Shown: piece by piece, positions 36,049-49,900 of the stretch
How the letters are laid out: each line of letters starts with the position of its first letter
Numbering within the stretch: the stretch's first letter is position 1
Origin: Selaginella moellendorffii
Taxonomy: Eukaryota; Plantae; Lycopodiophyta
DNA: 64,000 bases
Direction: 5' to 3'
Assembly: GCF_000143415.4 (NCBI RefSeq)
Contig: NW_003314261.1
Coordinates: forward strand, 3,402,880 to 3,466,879
Notes under the pieces: model-generated
Database searches by the model: none
Told to the model about the DNA's origin: nothing
The model's input: only the letters and a program-made list of their open reading frames with translations
Position numbers and translations under genes: made by a program

Positions 36049-37002
36049 TCTAAGCTCGACGAAGGTATCTATCTATTCCTCTCTTTCACATTTTCGGCTC
36101 TTGGTCACCAAATACTTTTGTCTAACATTCAGTTTGTAGGTAGGGGCGCTGGAAAGACCGTAAAGGACATCACCGTCTTCCAAGTTAATGGCCGTATGAC
36201 AGCGTCACATGGTCCTTGAAGCATCTAATTAATTTTAAAAGCTGACGCTCTTAGTTTTTGTACTATGGCTGGTGTAGACGACGACGAGCTCATTCCACTG
36301 TCGAGAAAATGGTGTTGGGATTGGGAGAGATACCAATCCGTCCCGCGAGGGATCCTTTAATAAGTCAATCCTCGGCTCTTCAATGTGATGTATTCTATTT
36401 CTTCATCTCTCTTTTCGTATCTCTTAAGCTTGTCCTGTTTTTGTCAATGCTTTGCAGGGAATCCGCTCATCAAATGCATGTAACCTCTCGTTTTAGTGTC
36501 CGTCTTGTCTCTCAGAGACCATCCCCAGAACTACTTGCGACTTTCGTTGGCTGTCTTTATAAATGCGACCATGTTGACCTCTTCAATTCTGTCACCAACT
36601 ATAACTCGGAGAACGCAGCAGGATTATCCTCGTGACTAGCAGACGCTTCAAGCGGCTTGTATTGTTCCAGCTTTCTCCCGCTTGAGAAAGCTGGCCGCCG
36701 AAGTTACACGACGAAAGGTCTCTGTTTCTTCCTCGGCGAGAATATGCGGCGCCATTTATTGGGAGTAAGCTAAGTCTGGATTTGGTTTTACTAATCACTG
36801 TGAAAACACTTATAAAGACGACAGGTGTGCTGTGCGTGAACAATCCTGGCAGTCCTTCCTTTGGGCATTTCTCTTTGCGGACTCTGTGGAGAGAGCAAGA
36901 GGAAAGCAACTTGGTATGGGTCCTCTTTGATCCTCTCTGGTACACTTGGGGCGGCTTATTCCTTCGTTTTGCTGCCTCGGAGCGCTACTACCAGCACACT
37001 CT

Positions 37003-39709
37003 ATGGCTGCTGCAACGACTGCACCACTCTCGTCCTGGCCGTGGACGTTTCTCGGGAACTACAAGGTCCGTGCTTTAGTTTTTTGCCTTCTGCATATTTT
37101 TAGTGGTTGACTGAGTGATGATGGTTTTCTGTGCTTCTCTGTCCAGTATTGGATCTCGGTTCCCTTTGCGGCAAGAGCTCTGTATGCAAACTTCTACAAT
37201 GCTGCTTACAAGGACACAGATAACTGGTGCTTGCACATTTTTGTTCTGTGCCTGATTCGGTACCAAACATTTTTCTATGCCTCCCTGTTTCAACACTTAC
37301 ATGGGGTAGTCAAGAAGCACCGGGTCAGCGCCTTCAAGATCACATTCGAGCAACTGGATAGAGAGTTCCACTGGTAAGTCAAGATGGCGCTTGCTGCCTT
37401 TCTGTGCTGATTGTTCTTTGCTTGTATCCAGGGACAATTTTATCATTCTCCAGGGGCTGATTGCATTAGCAGCGCATTCGTGGGTACCTGGCTTCAGCAA
37501 TCTTCCCGTTTGGAACTACAAAGGATGGCTTTACGTTGTAATCTTCCACGCGTTGGTCACGGAGCCGTTGTACTACTGGATCCACCGCGCTTTCCACGAT
37601 GGCCACCTGTTCAAAAATTACCATTCTTTGCACCACGCTTCTGTGAACCCGGAAGTCGCCACAAGTACGTGAATTGTCCTGGCTTTATCCGTAGTGACCA
37701 CTTTTCTTTCAGCTGGTAACTCGACGTTCCTGGAGCACTTGGTACAGACTGGATTGATAGCTCTACCGCTGCTTGGAGCCGCTGTCATGGGAGCTGCGTC
37801 AATTTCTATGTTCTACTTCTACATCCTATCCTACGACGTGCTCAAGATGTATGGCCATTTCAACTGCGAAATTTTCCCGGAGTCACTTTTCCGAGCCTTT
37901 CCGCTGCTCAAGCTGGTGGTCTACACGCCGTCGTAAGTTTTCGCTACACCCTTTTTTATTTGGTGCCAAGCTGCATAAGAACTCCAATTTATGCATTTGT
38001 CGCGATGTGTTCTCTTTTTGCTTGACTCCGCTTTGCTTTTATGAAGTTTGGTGGGGGTGCGCCTTAACATCACTCCAGTTGCTGGAAGTCATCACGTGCT
38101 TTCATTTAGTGACCTTCATTGCATCCTTCTGGCGAGTTGCAAGCATATAGAATGCATTGGGCGGGCCTCGATTTGTTGAGACAGTAATTCTAATTCCCTT
38201 CGCGTTACTCTCTTTTCCAGGTATCATTCTCTTCACCACAGCAGTCTCAACTCCAACTTCTGCCTGTTCATGCCAGTTTATGATTATTTGGGGGGCACGA
38301 TGCATCCCAAGACAGAGGCTCTCTACACGGCACTTCGTAAAGGTTGGTGTGCTGTTTTTCTTAGATTTGATTTTGTCCACGGCGCCAAGATTTTTGAATG
38401 TTTGTTTTCATTCCCAGGTCGGAAAGAGGAGGTTCCTCAGTTTATATTTTTGGCGCACATAATTGACTTCATGTCAACGATGCACACGTCGTTTATTTTC
38501 AGGTCTCTGGCTGCCGAGCCTTTCGGGCCGAGATGGTTCTTGTGGCCACCTCTGATATTGACAGTCCCACCCATGTTTGCAATGTGGGCCTGGGGGAGAA
38601 CGATGGTCTACAGCGAGTACTTAGTTGGACGTGTCCATGCTCAAGTTAGAGTTATTCCTCGATATGGTTTCCATGTAAGCTTTTGAGTCCTCTTTGCAGT
38701 TTTTAGTGCTAATTGTTTTTTTTCTTCTTCTAGTTTTTCTTGCCGTTTGGTAAGAAGAGTATCAATGGATTCATTGAAGAAGCAATCCTGGAAGCCGATA
38801 GATCAGGTGTTAAGGTATTGAGCCTTGCTGCGCTTAACAAGGTATGATACGTCGTCTCTCTTCTTCAAGCATAGAAGCATTGGTTAATATATATTTGCAG
38901 AACGAGGAACTTAATGGAGGTGGTGTGCTCTTTTGGAAGAAATACACCAACTTGCGAGTAAAGATAGTCCACGGCAACACACTTACTGCTGCCGTGGTTA
39001 TCAACGAGCTCCGACCGGATGCGAAGGAAGTGTTTTTGACAGGATCAACGTCTAAGATCGGTCGCGCACTAGCTCTTTACCTTTGCAGGCGAGGAGTTAG
39101 AGTTCTGGTACTGTGGCAATTCACGTTTCTTTGTGCTGAATTTCTCGTTGGCATTGCAGATGCTTACGAATTCGAGGGAGCGTTACGAAGCAGTTGTGAA
39201 AGATGCCCCTGTCGAGTTCCAAAAGAACTTGGTGCAAGTTACCAAGTATCAAGCGGGACAAAACTGCAAGGTACTTCCGTACTTCGTTTCTTCTTACGAG
39301 GCTTTCTCATTCTTTTCTCAAAACAGACGTGGATCGTAGGAAAGTGGATCTTTGCCAAGGACCAAAGCTGGGCTCCTCCTGGTACCTTTTTTCACCAATT
39401 TGTCGTGCCACCGGTAGCAGAAATCCGGAAAGACGTTACTTACGGGAAGCTCTCAGGAATGTACTTGCCGAAGAACCATGAAGGCTTGCATTTCTGCGAG
39501 GTAAGAGCTTTTTTTGTTGAATCATCTCATCATCTCATTGTTTGTGACAGTTTACAATGCCTCGAGGCGTGGTTCATGCATGCCATGCCGGAGGACTACT
39601 CCACGCGTTGGAAGGCTGGGACCATCACGAGATTGGTTCCATCGATATAGAAAACATTGACAAGGTGTGGCAAGCAGCGCTCAGGCAAGGTTTTGCTCCT
39701 TACGTATAG
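37003..39709 (+). CDS. CER3: CER3/WAX2-like very-long-chain alkane/wax biosynthesis protein
   Basis: [21 protein letters not shown]; WCLHI; [17 protein letters not shown]; His boxes ([15 protein letters not shown] twice); WAX2 C-terminal NEELNGGG...[10 protein letters not shown]...HACHAGG; stop at 39709. Confidence 0.9.
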
Positions 39710-39926
39710 GAGAAAGGAAATAAAACAAAAAGAAACAGAAAACGATTCATTGTGTCCGCCACCCGCCGCCGCCGCCGCTATCATCGCCGCCACCGCTACG
39801 ATTTGCTCGAAAAAGAGAGTGTACATTTTAAACTTTCTTTAAAGCAAAGAACGTTAATCAACACAATATCGTCCAGAAAGAATCAGCACTGCTAATTCTT
39901 CGATGGAAATCTTTAGAAGCTCCACA

Positions 39927-40804
39927 TTAGCTCGACAAAACTCCTCCGGAAAACTCCACCATCTGGTGATATAGATCGATTGACATTAGAGTTCTTCTAA
40001 ATCGCATAAAAGATGCAAACCTGTGGTGGAGGCAGTGACGAGACCCAGTCTGAGGCATGAGTAGGAAGAAGGCCCAGCGAGTTTAGCTGCAAGGAAAACA
40101 TTTGATCCTATCTTTTGTCTAAAAACTTGTGGAAAAACTTACCTTCCAGAGTCCCATTCCAAGAGCCACCAAATTCATGGCGATGAACAAGAGCTTGGGC
40201 ATTAGGACGTCCGTTCGAGCATCTTTGTATGGCTCGAAAACTGTGAAAGCAAAGAAAAGAGTCAGAAGAGAAATGGAGATGGCGATAGAAAACTTTGTGA
40301 CAACCTTTCCCGATTCCTTGAAGAGCACTGATGGGCTGCCAGAGAGCCGAGAATGTAATGCCAATGCTGAACAAATGGACCGTGTTCCCAGCCATCCACA
40401 TCATGAATCCCATCATAAAGAGATTCCGGAAAGGAGCTTGAGCGATTTCCCATGCTTTCTACACACACGAACACACAGTAAGATCACACAGTAAGAACAA
40501 AGAAAGAAAGAAAGCAAACAAAAACTCTAGCAGAAAAAACTCTAGAGAAGAAGAAAGAAGAAAAGAAATGTTACCTGTTGTTTCCACGATGCCTCGACCT
40601 TCTCCTTTTGCCTCGCAGCGCTAGCATCTTCCTGCGATCACGCCCCAAAATCCTTCTTTCAGGTCACACAAACCGCGAGATTTTTACACTCACAATCTCT
40701 GAAGAAGCGCCTCGTGAGTAGCCCGGCGGATCGGCGACTTCCCTGGACGACGTGCCATCGCCAAAATCAATCGCCCATTTCCGCGCCTTGCTGCCCCTCT
40801 CCAT
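39927..40804 (-). CDS. EMC4: ER membrane protein complex subunit 4
   Basis: DPPGY; KAWEIAQAPFRNLFMMGFMMWMAGNTVHLFSI; GLWK|LNSLGLLPTHASDW. Confidence 0.92.
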
Positions 40805-40890
40805 TGAGAGAGCTAGGGCAAATCGAAGAACTAGCCTAGAGTTTTGTGAAGTGTTTTAGGGGTTAGGGTTTTTTGGCCACCGGCGCAGCA

Positions 40891-43032
40891 ATGGAGGATT
40901 CTCGTCCCGTGGAGGTCGCGACGCCGGCATCGGGCGATGCTACAGGTGCTCTGCTGCAAAATCTAGAGATTTCTGGGCAAGAGAAGCAGCAGCAGCAACC
41001 CGATGAGGCGGAGGCGAAGAATCGCAGGAGCAAGAACAAGAGCAAGAAGAAGAAGAAGAACTTCGTGCTGGAGCCTTCCTTTCCCTGGAAGGTAGCGACT
41101 GTGAAGAATCGGGGCCGCTGTGCCGTCGCGACGAGGTGAGTGGTTCTACGCATTTTTTCTATTTTCCTTTCGTTGTTTGTGAGTGAGTTTTTTTGGAACT
41201 CTCTCAGGGCGATCAAGGCTGGAGAGGTTGTCGTGGCGGAGCAGGCCATAGCATTTGTTCCTCGCGGGCAGTATCGCAAGGCAATCTGCCATGTCTGTGG
41301 CGTCAATGTTGCAGAGAATGGCCCAAAGTTCGAGTGCTCCGCGTGTAACTACACGATTTTCTGCGAGGTGAGCTTTTGATTCGCGATCGAGAGCCTTACA
41401 TTTGTTTGTTTCAGGAGTGCTACAAGCCTCCACAGGGATCACACGAGAATTACTGCGCTGTGTATAGAGAGATCGCCAGCATTGCCAGAGACGAAAACTG
41501 CGATGCTGATCTTTTAAGGTTGGTTTTCAACCTTGCATTGAAAAAGGCTGGCACGGCTCAGGCAAGATCGTCTTTTCTACAGTTGGAACTTTTAATCGAG
41601 ACTCTTCCATTTCAGAACTCGAAAGATGAAACTTGCACAGTAGACGGTGTGATACTCTCTTGTTTCAAAGACGCTCTGGGCTTGGAAACTCACAGGAGCA
41701 AAGCTCCATCCAGTTGGCTGGAGGCGGTCCGAAACGGATGCACCCGGCTGCACAAGATTGCTTGCGTGGGAAACGGTGGGAAACTAGCTCCTATATCGTG
41801 CAGTATAGGTAAATCGTTTCACATTCTCTATTCAATGCCTAACAGTTACGTTTCTTTCAACCACAGAAGAATTGGAAATGCTGGCCACTCTGATCAACAC
41901 CAATTCTCATGGTATGGGTGCACAGAATCTACAAAACACGCATGTGGCCCTCGGCCTATTTCCATATGTTTCTATTCTTAACCACTCTTGCCGGTAAGCT
42001 CTTGTTTTTATGAATTTTTTTTGGACTGAAACTGATGGTAATTTGTAGGCCAAACTGCTGTTTTGCTTCGGAAGGTTCTGTGATGTACGTGCGAGCAGTC
42101 CAAGATATTCCGAAGGGAGCTGAGGTGATCGCCGTTTTTATTCTGCGTTGATTTGGTCTAATCTAGTGCAGCAGCTTTGTCTTTCATACATTAACTTATA
42201 TGAGTCCCGCCGAGTACGTAAAACACTGTTGGTGGCAACAAAGCATTTCGACTGTACTTGTGACCGCTGCGTAGAGCCTCTGAACACATCCATTGACAGA
42301 TTTCTTGAGGTAAGCCTGGAATTTAAAATCCTTGTTTGCTAAAGATTATCCTGGCAGGGCTGTGTCTGCCATGTTAGAGGCTGCGGGGGAGTTTTTCTCA
42401 GAACGGCAGCTTTGCATGAAGATCAAGCGTCGTCAACTACGTGGGAATGTGATTTGTGTTCGCGGGTCCTGGATCCAGAGTCTATGAGGTTCAAGGATCC
42501 TCCTTGGGAAGTGATTGCCAAAGCCGAGGAGAGGCTTGTGGCTGCGGTTCGTATTTACAGCGAACGACGCTTCAAAGAGGCCCGGAAATTACTGGAAAGC
42601 TATCTATCTGAGTTCACGGGAAAGCTGGTATGGTGTTCATAAATCTTCGCAAACATAACTGCATTTTCTTTTCAGCACCCTCTTCACGTGTTCCTCTTCG
42701 ATGCTTTAACTCCACTTATGAACTGCTGCCGAGCGATGGGAGATGCTGAGGAAGGACTGCGCGTTTGTCGTCTCATATTGCAGTGCATGGAAAAGGTCCT
42801 ACCAGGTCCATCACTCGAGCTTGCGAACTTTTACTTTTGCCTGGGCGAAATGTACCTCGAGAAAGCACAGGCTTCGTCTCCAGTTATTGCAAAGAGATCA
42901 AACAAGCAGGTAAATGACTTTCGCTTTTATGTGGAGTCTACAATGTTTATTGGAATGCAGGCTCAGGAAGCTTTTCAACGTGTGAAGAGCATCAGAGGCG
43001 TTTGTCTAGGAAAACCAAGTTTGCCTTCGTGA
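40891..43032 (+). CDS. SET-MYND (SMYD/ASHR-like) protein-lysine methyltransferase
   Basis: GRCAVATRAIKAGEVVVAE; MYND-like CHVC...CSAC...FCEEC; LNHSCRPN; ELCLSYI; post-SET FDCTCDRC; TPR-like C-terminus. Confidence 0.88.
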
Positions 43033-43887
43033 AGCGTAAGAAGATAGTATCGGCGGTGTTCTTTTCGGCAGAAATTTTATATATGTTTCTTTCTTCTAAT
43101 TCCTTGTTTTCGCAACGCTGCTGAAGCATCAACGAGTGGGTCCCGAAATTGATGAGCAGCTATTTGTTTAGTTGTGCAGGCATAAACAATAGCGATCGTG
43201 AAAGTGATGAGACAGGCCTCTTATCTTAAGCTTAATCATTTCAAGATGCAAAGAGCCAGCTTTGGATTGGTAAGTTCATCATTTTCTTTCGAAAGTGACT
43301 CAAACTGAGACCGTGTTTCGCAGATTGGAGGCAAGTTGCCGGAAGTGCAAGACTTTAAGCTTAGAGCCGACATGCTGCGTATACGTAGTATGCAAGTGGA
43401 GAACATTGTTGGTGGTAAGGCACTCGTCTTTGAGTGCCAGTTAAGCTTTGAAATCGCGTGCACAGCTTTTTAAACTTTGTGGAGAAAAAAGGAGGAGCAT
43501 TAGAGATGTCGACCACTGTCTGTTTCTGAGGTACTAAGAAAAGCAAATTGTTTTTACAAAAGCTCGTGCTGACCAGATGTTCCACTTCCAGGTCTGCGGA
43601 AGATCTTCTTTTTGGCTCGCAGCCGGAATCGAATAGGTACTCCTTTTGTTTTTTTTTTTTTTTTCTCCAGCTGGAAGCTACTGACCAGAAGTGACGGATC
43701 CTTCTTCGTGTTCGTCTTCTTCTGGTGAAGAAAGCGCTGTTGGTTATACAGAACTGGCTGACACCTTGTATACACCACGCAACTGTCATTTCGCCCAGTC
43801 TTTGCTTCCTTCCTCCGTCGCGGATTCGGTTCTGCCTTGTTGGAACTCGATACATCCAACGAAGAAACTTGCAAGGTACGAAGACTT

Positions 43888-44925
43888 TCACTCCACCAGC
43901 ACCAGGATTGAGTTGTAACTGCCTTGCAGATCCGACGACTCCCCGACAACCGAGACCGCGTAAGACGCCGCTGACGACGTAGATGAGAACGAACACGACG
44001 CGGAAGGCGGCAGTGCGAGCAGAGGCGACGATGGCGAGAGCCTACCGAGCATTCGTCTCAAGTTCCTCCACCGGCGCTTGGCCGACAGAGACCCACCAGC
44101 CGAGGAAGAAGTCGACGGAGAACTAGACAGCGACTTGGAGGTGGCATTCTCGTCCAGATCCAAAACCAGTTGGACCACCTGAACCGATTGCTGCGGCTGG
44201 TGCTGGGAATCGCTATCGCCCGACGTAGAACTCGACGAGGAAGAGGAGCTAGAAGAAGATGGCGATGGTGTCGACGACGACGATGAAGGAACTAGATCCG
44301 TGGAAGAAGACGTTGGCGGAGAAGTGGTGGTGGCGACGAGATTTAGATCCGGAAGAAGCAGCAGCTCTGGGACGATGCTCTTGGGACATCCAGCGGAGTT
44401 GGAGCTGGACAGGAGGCTGGCACGGCACAGGGGACAAGTGGAGTGGCAATGTAGCCACATATCTATACACTCGGTGTGGAAGCTATGGCCGCATTTGGGG
44501 AGAGTCCGGCCATGATCGCCCTCCTGGAACTCGCACAGGCAGACCGCGCAGCAATCGAGCTTGATCTTGTCGCTCTCGCGGAAGACGAAGAGGGGGAGCG
44601 ACTGGATGATGGACTTGTCCACGCCTAGCGCCGGGGAATTGGAGAAGAAGAGGGGGTCCGCGGCCGCCGCCGCCTGGATCTGCTGCTGGATGGCTTGGAT
44701 CTGCTGGAGGTGGAGGAGGCGGCGGCGGCGCGCGGCGAATTGGGAGCTCTTCCAGAACCACTTGGCGTAGAGGTGGAGCGAGAGGATGAAGAGGATGACC
44801 GAGAAGAGGACGACAATGGCGGCAATCATGATCTTGATGTTCACCTGGTAGGGATTGGAGTCGCTGCTGCTGGCGATGGCGCTGGAGCTGCTGCCGCTGG
44901 GATCCATTGGCGATTCAACGCCCAT
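43888..44925 (-). CDS. ATL-family RING-H2 E3 ubiquitin ligase, intronless
   Basis: N-terminal TM helix; GVD (GLD) motif; CAVCL.EF...LPKCGHSFHTECIDMWL..HSTCPLCR; Ser-rich tail. Confidence 0.93.
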   Translation of the reverse strand: MGVESPMDPSGSSSSAIASSSDSNPYQVNIKIMIAAIVVLFSVILFILSLHLYAKWFWKSSQFAARRRRLLHLQQIQAIQQQIQAAAAADPLFFSNSPALGVDKSIIQSLPLFVFRESDKIKLDCCAVCLCEFQEGDHGRTLPKCGHSFHTECIDMWLHCHSTCPLCRASLLSSSNSAGCPKSIVPELLLLPDLNLVATTTSPPTSSSTDLVPSSSSSTPSPSSSSSSSSSSSTSGDSDSQHQPQQSVQVVQLVLDLDENATSKSLSSSPSTSSSAGGSLSAKRRWRNLRRMLGRLSPSSPLLALPPSASCSFSSTSSAASYAVSVVGESSDLQGSYNSILVLVE

Positions 44926-46977
44926 TTCTCTCTCCCTCTCGATCGATCGACCGCCAAATGGGAGAAATGGAAGAATGAGAGAGATTGGGAGAAAGGAGTC
45001 GACCTAAAATGTCACGACACAGAGCATTGGGCCAAAATTGTCAACTGGCATTTCCAAGGCCTCTCTCGTCCAAGTGTGTTGATTTCTTCGTCGCGGTGAC
45101 GGGCGGCCCTTCCAATGGCCGGCTCGTCTCGCCTGTCTCGCCCGTCGCGCCACCCACCTGACGGGCCCTGACGAGTCAACATTTCACCGTACGCGCGTGG
45201 TTCCCCTGGTGGCCCGGTGGAAAGAGCGCTGGGGTTTTAAAGGCCCACCGGATCGGCGGGAATATGCCCGCGGCACGACGGGCACGTGGACGGGGAAAGC
45301 GACGGGCCACACGCGTCCGTACAGGTGGTCAGGCCGTCACACACGAAAGGCGGGTGAAACAGTCAACATGCAGTTAATGTTATTCCTTCCTGGGGGGTGG
45401 AATTTGTAAAAATGGGTGGGTAACTAGTCAACGTGGAAGATTGTAGTAGTATAGAGCTGTGTCAGTGAAATAATGTTGGGGTACCATATAGCGAGAAAAT
45501 GGGACCATGGCTTTTATTTCTATTCCATTCACTGATATGGTTCTACAACGTCTTAGTAGCAGCGATATATTTCATGAAATCTATCAGGGCGAAAGGCCGA
45601 CAACAGGGAAGACTTTTTGATCAAAGAGATAAGATCTGGAAACCAACGAAACAAAGCAAGCGAGAGAAGCGTTTTAGTCAACAGAAAAAAAAGATCACGT
45701 ACTAGTTTGCGCTCCATTTTTTCTTGATCCACTGGCTTTACCGATCCATCCAGATCGCCGGCAGGAACTTTTTTCTTCGATCGATATATACGCACACTTT
45801 CGTTGTGCACTGCTCGTTTCCATCCATGGCGAATCTCTCTGTCCATGCCACAACGTGGTGGAGCATGGGGATGCTTTATGCTGCAGCTTTGGCCCAGTCC
45901 ACCACCAGGCAATTGTTTGAGTAGCTTCCTGGAGAAGAGAGGTGACCAAAAGATTTAAGAAACTACTTACTTTGCTCTTGCTCCATCAGTCTTCTGCATT
46001 TCTGGAAAGAGAGATAGCATGAAGATTTCGATTCAAACAGACAACTTACTTTACTGAGATCGCTTCACGCAAGGAACCGCACGAAGTGTTCTTTTCGCGA
46101 GACTTGGAACACGGCTCTACATTGACCAGCATCAAAAAACATTATAATGTCACAAGACACCGCTCATTGGAGCTTGCTCGCTTGCCTTGGTCGGTCGTGA
46201 AATCGGTCGGGAGCGGGAGAGAGGATGCAAGGTTCACCATTTCAATGCTCCATGCCACTTTTCTAGCGTAATTCTTTCACTGTAGGCAAAAATGGAAGAA
46301 AAAGGATAAGCATTAGAGCTATTAAATGCAGCCATTTACCGTCCACGTGGATGGAAATAGTCATTTTGTCTCAAACTCTCGGCCCCGATGCCTTCCTCAA
46401 CATGAGGAATATGTCCCATGTGGAATAATGAGCACTCAAGGGCCCAATATTCGCTTTGGCAGCACCTGTCATATAACACTTGGTGAGCCAGAGAATCAAG
46501 GGATATATAAGTGTATGAAGAAAAACAACCAGGAAGGAGGAGGAGAAGCAGAAGAGCCATCCATCCTTACCTCCGACTAACGTCCAATGCAGGGAGTCAA
46601 GACCCAGTCGGCAATTTGGCTTCGCGTTGCTTTTCCGTTGGCCTCACTGCTGGCGCTGCTTTTCGTGATCCACCAGCTGCCTCACAAGGTGCTCCTCCGC
46701 ACATTGATACTGCAGATCCTCCGAACTTAGTGTTGTTTTGAATCAATTGTCTTTTGTGTTTTCGCTTGATTACCTGTTGCTCGGGGACTGTCCTGTCCCC
46801 CCCGTTCTGCCTTTTCAGCATTTTCTTCTTCTTTCTTCTCTCTTTCCTTTCCTTCGCTTCTCTTTTCCTGCTTCTGCTCCAGCTGCTGCTCAGATATTCC
46901 TCCCATATATTCGTGCTTCTCCAGTGCCTTTGGGGCCGAGAGAGAGAGAGAGAGCAAGGCGGGCGGAGCAGCCGCAA

Positions 46978-49900
46978 ATGGCAGCAGCAGCTGCTGTTGC
47001 TGCTGCTGGAGCTGCATGGAAGGCAGCCTCCTCCTCCTCTTCCTCTTCCTTGTTCTGGTCCAGCTGCAGGACAACGCATGTAAGTCGTGGTGTTGTAGCA
47101 CAGAAACTAGAAGCGAGAGGTAAGGAGACCAAGCTACTCACTCCTGTGATGACTTCTGCGGCTAACTGCTTGTCGGGTGGATCCTTATTTTGTTCCCAGG
47201 CCGCGATGATGCTTCCAAAACTACGCCTTCACTGCGTGCAGTGCCGACCGCATCAGTTCCAGGTATAAAAGAGAACTAACTCACCCGGTTGTGCGCTTGC
47301 TGCTAACTTAACACTATCTCCAGTTTCATCTCGCGTGCAAACTCCCGGACGGAAGCTTCCAACACCTCGGCAAGTCCCAGAAGTATGTTCTGCAAGATCC
47401 CGTAAGGCCGGAGGTCCTGATCGGAATTCTTCTTGGTTTGCAGACAATTCCAGCGACTGATGGCGGACGAAAGTGGGAACTCGTCGAAACCGTAAGAAGC
47501 ATGTTGAACTCTCTGCACGACGGGGAGATATCCGTGTCAGCCTACGATACGGCTTGGGTGGCACGAGTACCCGCTTTGGATGGCAGCAACACGCCTCAAT
47601 TTCCCATGTGCCTAAACTGGATCATGAACAATCAGCTCGAGGATGGATCCTGGGGTGATAGAGACTTGTTTCTTACGTATGATCGCATCTGTTCGGCACT
47701 GGCATGTGCAATAGCTCTCAAAACCTGGAACACCGGAGACAAGATTGTTCACAAAGGTAAGTAATCACTTTCAGAAGAAACACAAAGACCAACCATCTCA
47801 TTCTCATTCAGCCCTCGAGTTTATTCGCAAAACTATGCCTAAGATGGAGTTGGAGGACAGTACTCACATGCCAATAGGATTTGAAATTGTGTTTCCGGCA
47901 ATGATAGAGGAGGCCATGGCACTCGAGCTTGACATCGACTATACAGCGCCCGTGCTCCAAACAATTTATGCTGAAAGGAAGAAGAAACTTGAAAGGTTAG
48001 ACATAGAAAATGTTCCGAGACAACCTTACTGACGTGATACCCGCACGCAGAATACCCATGAATGTGGTCCAGAACTATCCCACCACTCTCCTGCATTCGT
48101 TGGAAGGACTTCATAAGACTATAGACTGGGACAAGGTCATAAAACTGCAGTCACCAGATGGTTCACTGCTCTTCAGCCCCGCCTCCACAGCATGCGCACT
48201 GATGCATACGGGAAACGAGAAATGCCTGCAGTACCTGAACAACCTCGTCAAGAGATTCAACTGCGCAGGTAAAGGAATGGTGAAACTTTACCTCCGAGAA
48301 CTCCTGACGTAAAAACTCTTGTTTCTCGACAGTACCAAATGTATACCCAGTGGATCTGTTTGAGCATCTCTGGATAGTTGACCGCTTACAACGCCTGGGA
48401 ATCTCTCGCTACTTCACTCAAGAGATTAAATCAGCTCTTGACTACGTGTACAGGTGTGTATGCGTAGTACCACCTATGACAAACACACAACGTGAGAACT
48501 TGTAACAGATACTGGACAGACAAAGGAATAGCATGGGCCAGAGGTTCACCTGTTCAAGACGCTGACGATACTTCCATGGCCTTCCGGCTCTTGCGAAGTC
48601 ACGGATACGACATATCACCAGGTACTCTCCAAGCCATACCCGCTTCTTTCGTCACTTCTCATATCGTACAACACAGACGCCTTTAAAACCTTCCAAGAGG
48701 GCGATTCCTTCGTCTGCTTCAGCGGGCAAGCGGGTCAAGCAGTGACAGGAATGTACAACTTGTACCGGGCTTCTCAAGTGATGTTTCCCGGCGAAACAAT
48801 CCTGGAAGAAGCAGGCTCATTTGCCAGAAAGTTTCTCGAAGGAAAACGCCAGGAGAATCAGCTGTACGACAAGTGGATTATCTCTAAAGATCTGCCAGGA
48901 GAGGTATGCGTTAGAGCATGTCACAAAACAAAACTGACCTGTGAACACTTTACAGGTCGAGTTTGCGCTCGACAACCCAATGCATGCTAGATTAGAAAGA
49001 CTGGCAACAAGAAGATATATCGATCAGTACGCGGCTGACGATGTCTGGATCGGGAAGAGCCTCTACAGGTGAGAATCCTTTCACGGAAATCAACGCTGCC
49101 AGCTAACTCCTGTAACTGATACAGGATGCCCTTCGTCAACAATCCAATTTTCCTAGAGCTCGCGAAGGCAGACTTCAACATGTGTCGGGCTCTGCACAGA
49201 AAAGAATTTCAGCAACTTGAAAGGTGATGAAAGTATATATGTAAACAAGACATACTCACCCGAAATCCATCACAGGTGGTACGACGAGAGCAGCCTGTCA
49301 ATGTTCAAAGGATTCTCCCGCAGCAAACTGGAGCAAACGTTCTATTCAGCTGCTGCAACCATCTTCGAGCCGGAGCTCTCACCAGCAAGGCTTATTTGGT
49401 CGCAATGCTGGTTCCTATCACTCGGTATTAATGAATACTTTGACTACCAAGGGTCCACCAAAGAACTTGAGGATCTCATAAACAACGTCGAGAGGTAATT
49501 CACGCCACAAATTCAATGCCACTCGAGCTCTGACAGCTGATGCACAGGTGGAACGTGAACTCGCTTGGAAACTGCTCGGCCAAAGTGAAAATACTGTTCG
49601 TCGAGCTCTATAACATCGTTCAAAACCATAGCAAGCAGGGCTTCTTGTACCAAGGCCGGAGTATAGGAGGGGCGCTGCGAGAAATCGTAAGTGTTTTCGG
49701 TGAGAATCGTTGATAAATCTGATCAATATTTGCTTTGGCAGTGGAAAACGTGGCTATCGAGCCTACTGCAGAGAACCAAGTGGAAAATGTCAGACAACTA
49801 TCCAACTTTGGAGGAATATCTAAAGGCCTCACATTCAAGCATCGAGCCTGCTGTCCGGAGCACTGTGTACTTCGTCGGCGAAACGCTCGCCACCGGAGAT

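Noticed and set aside
45100-46950. Short ORFs in the 2 kb ATL-CPS intergenic region
   Set aside because: No consistent splice pattern or domain; better explained as GC-rich promoter and 5' UTR sequence.
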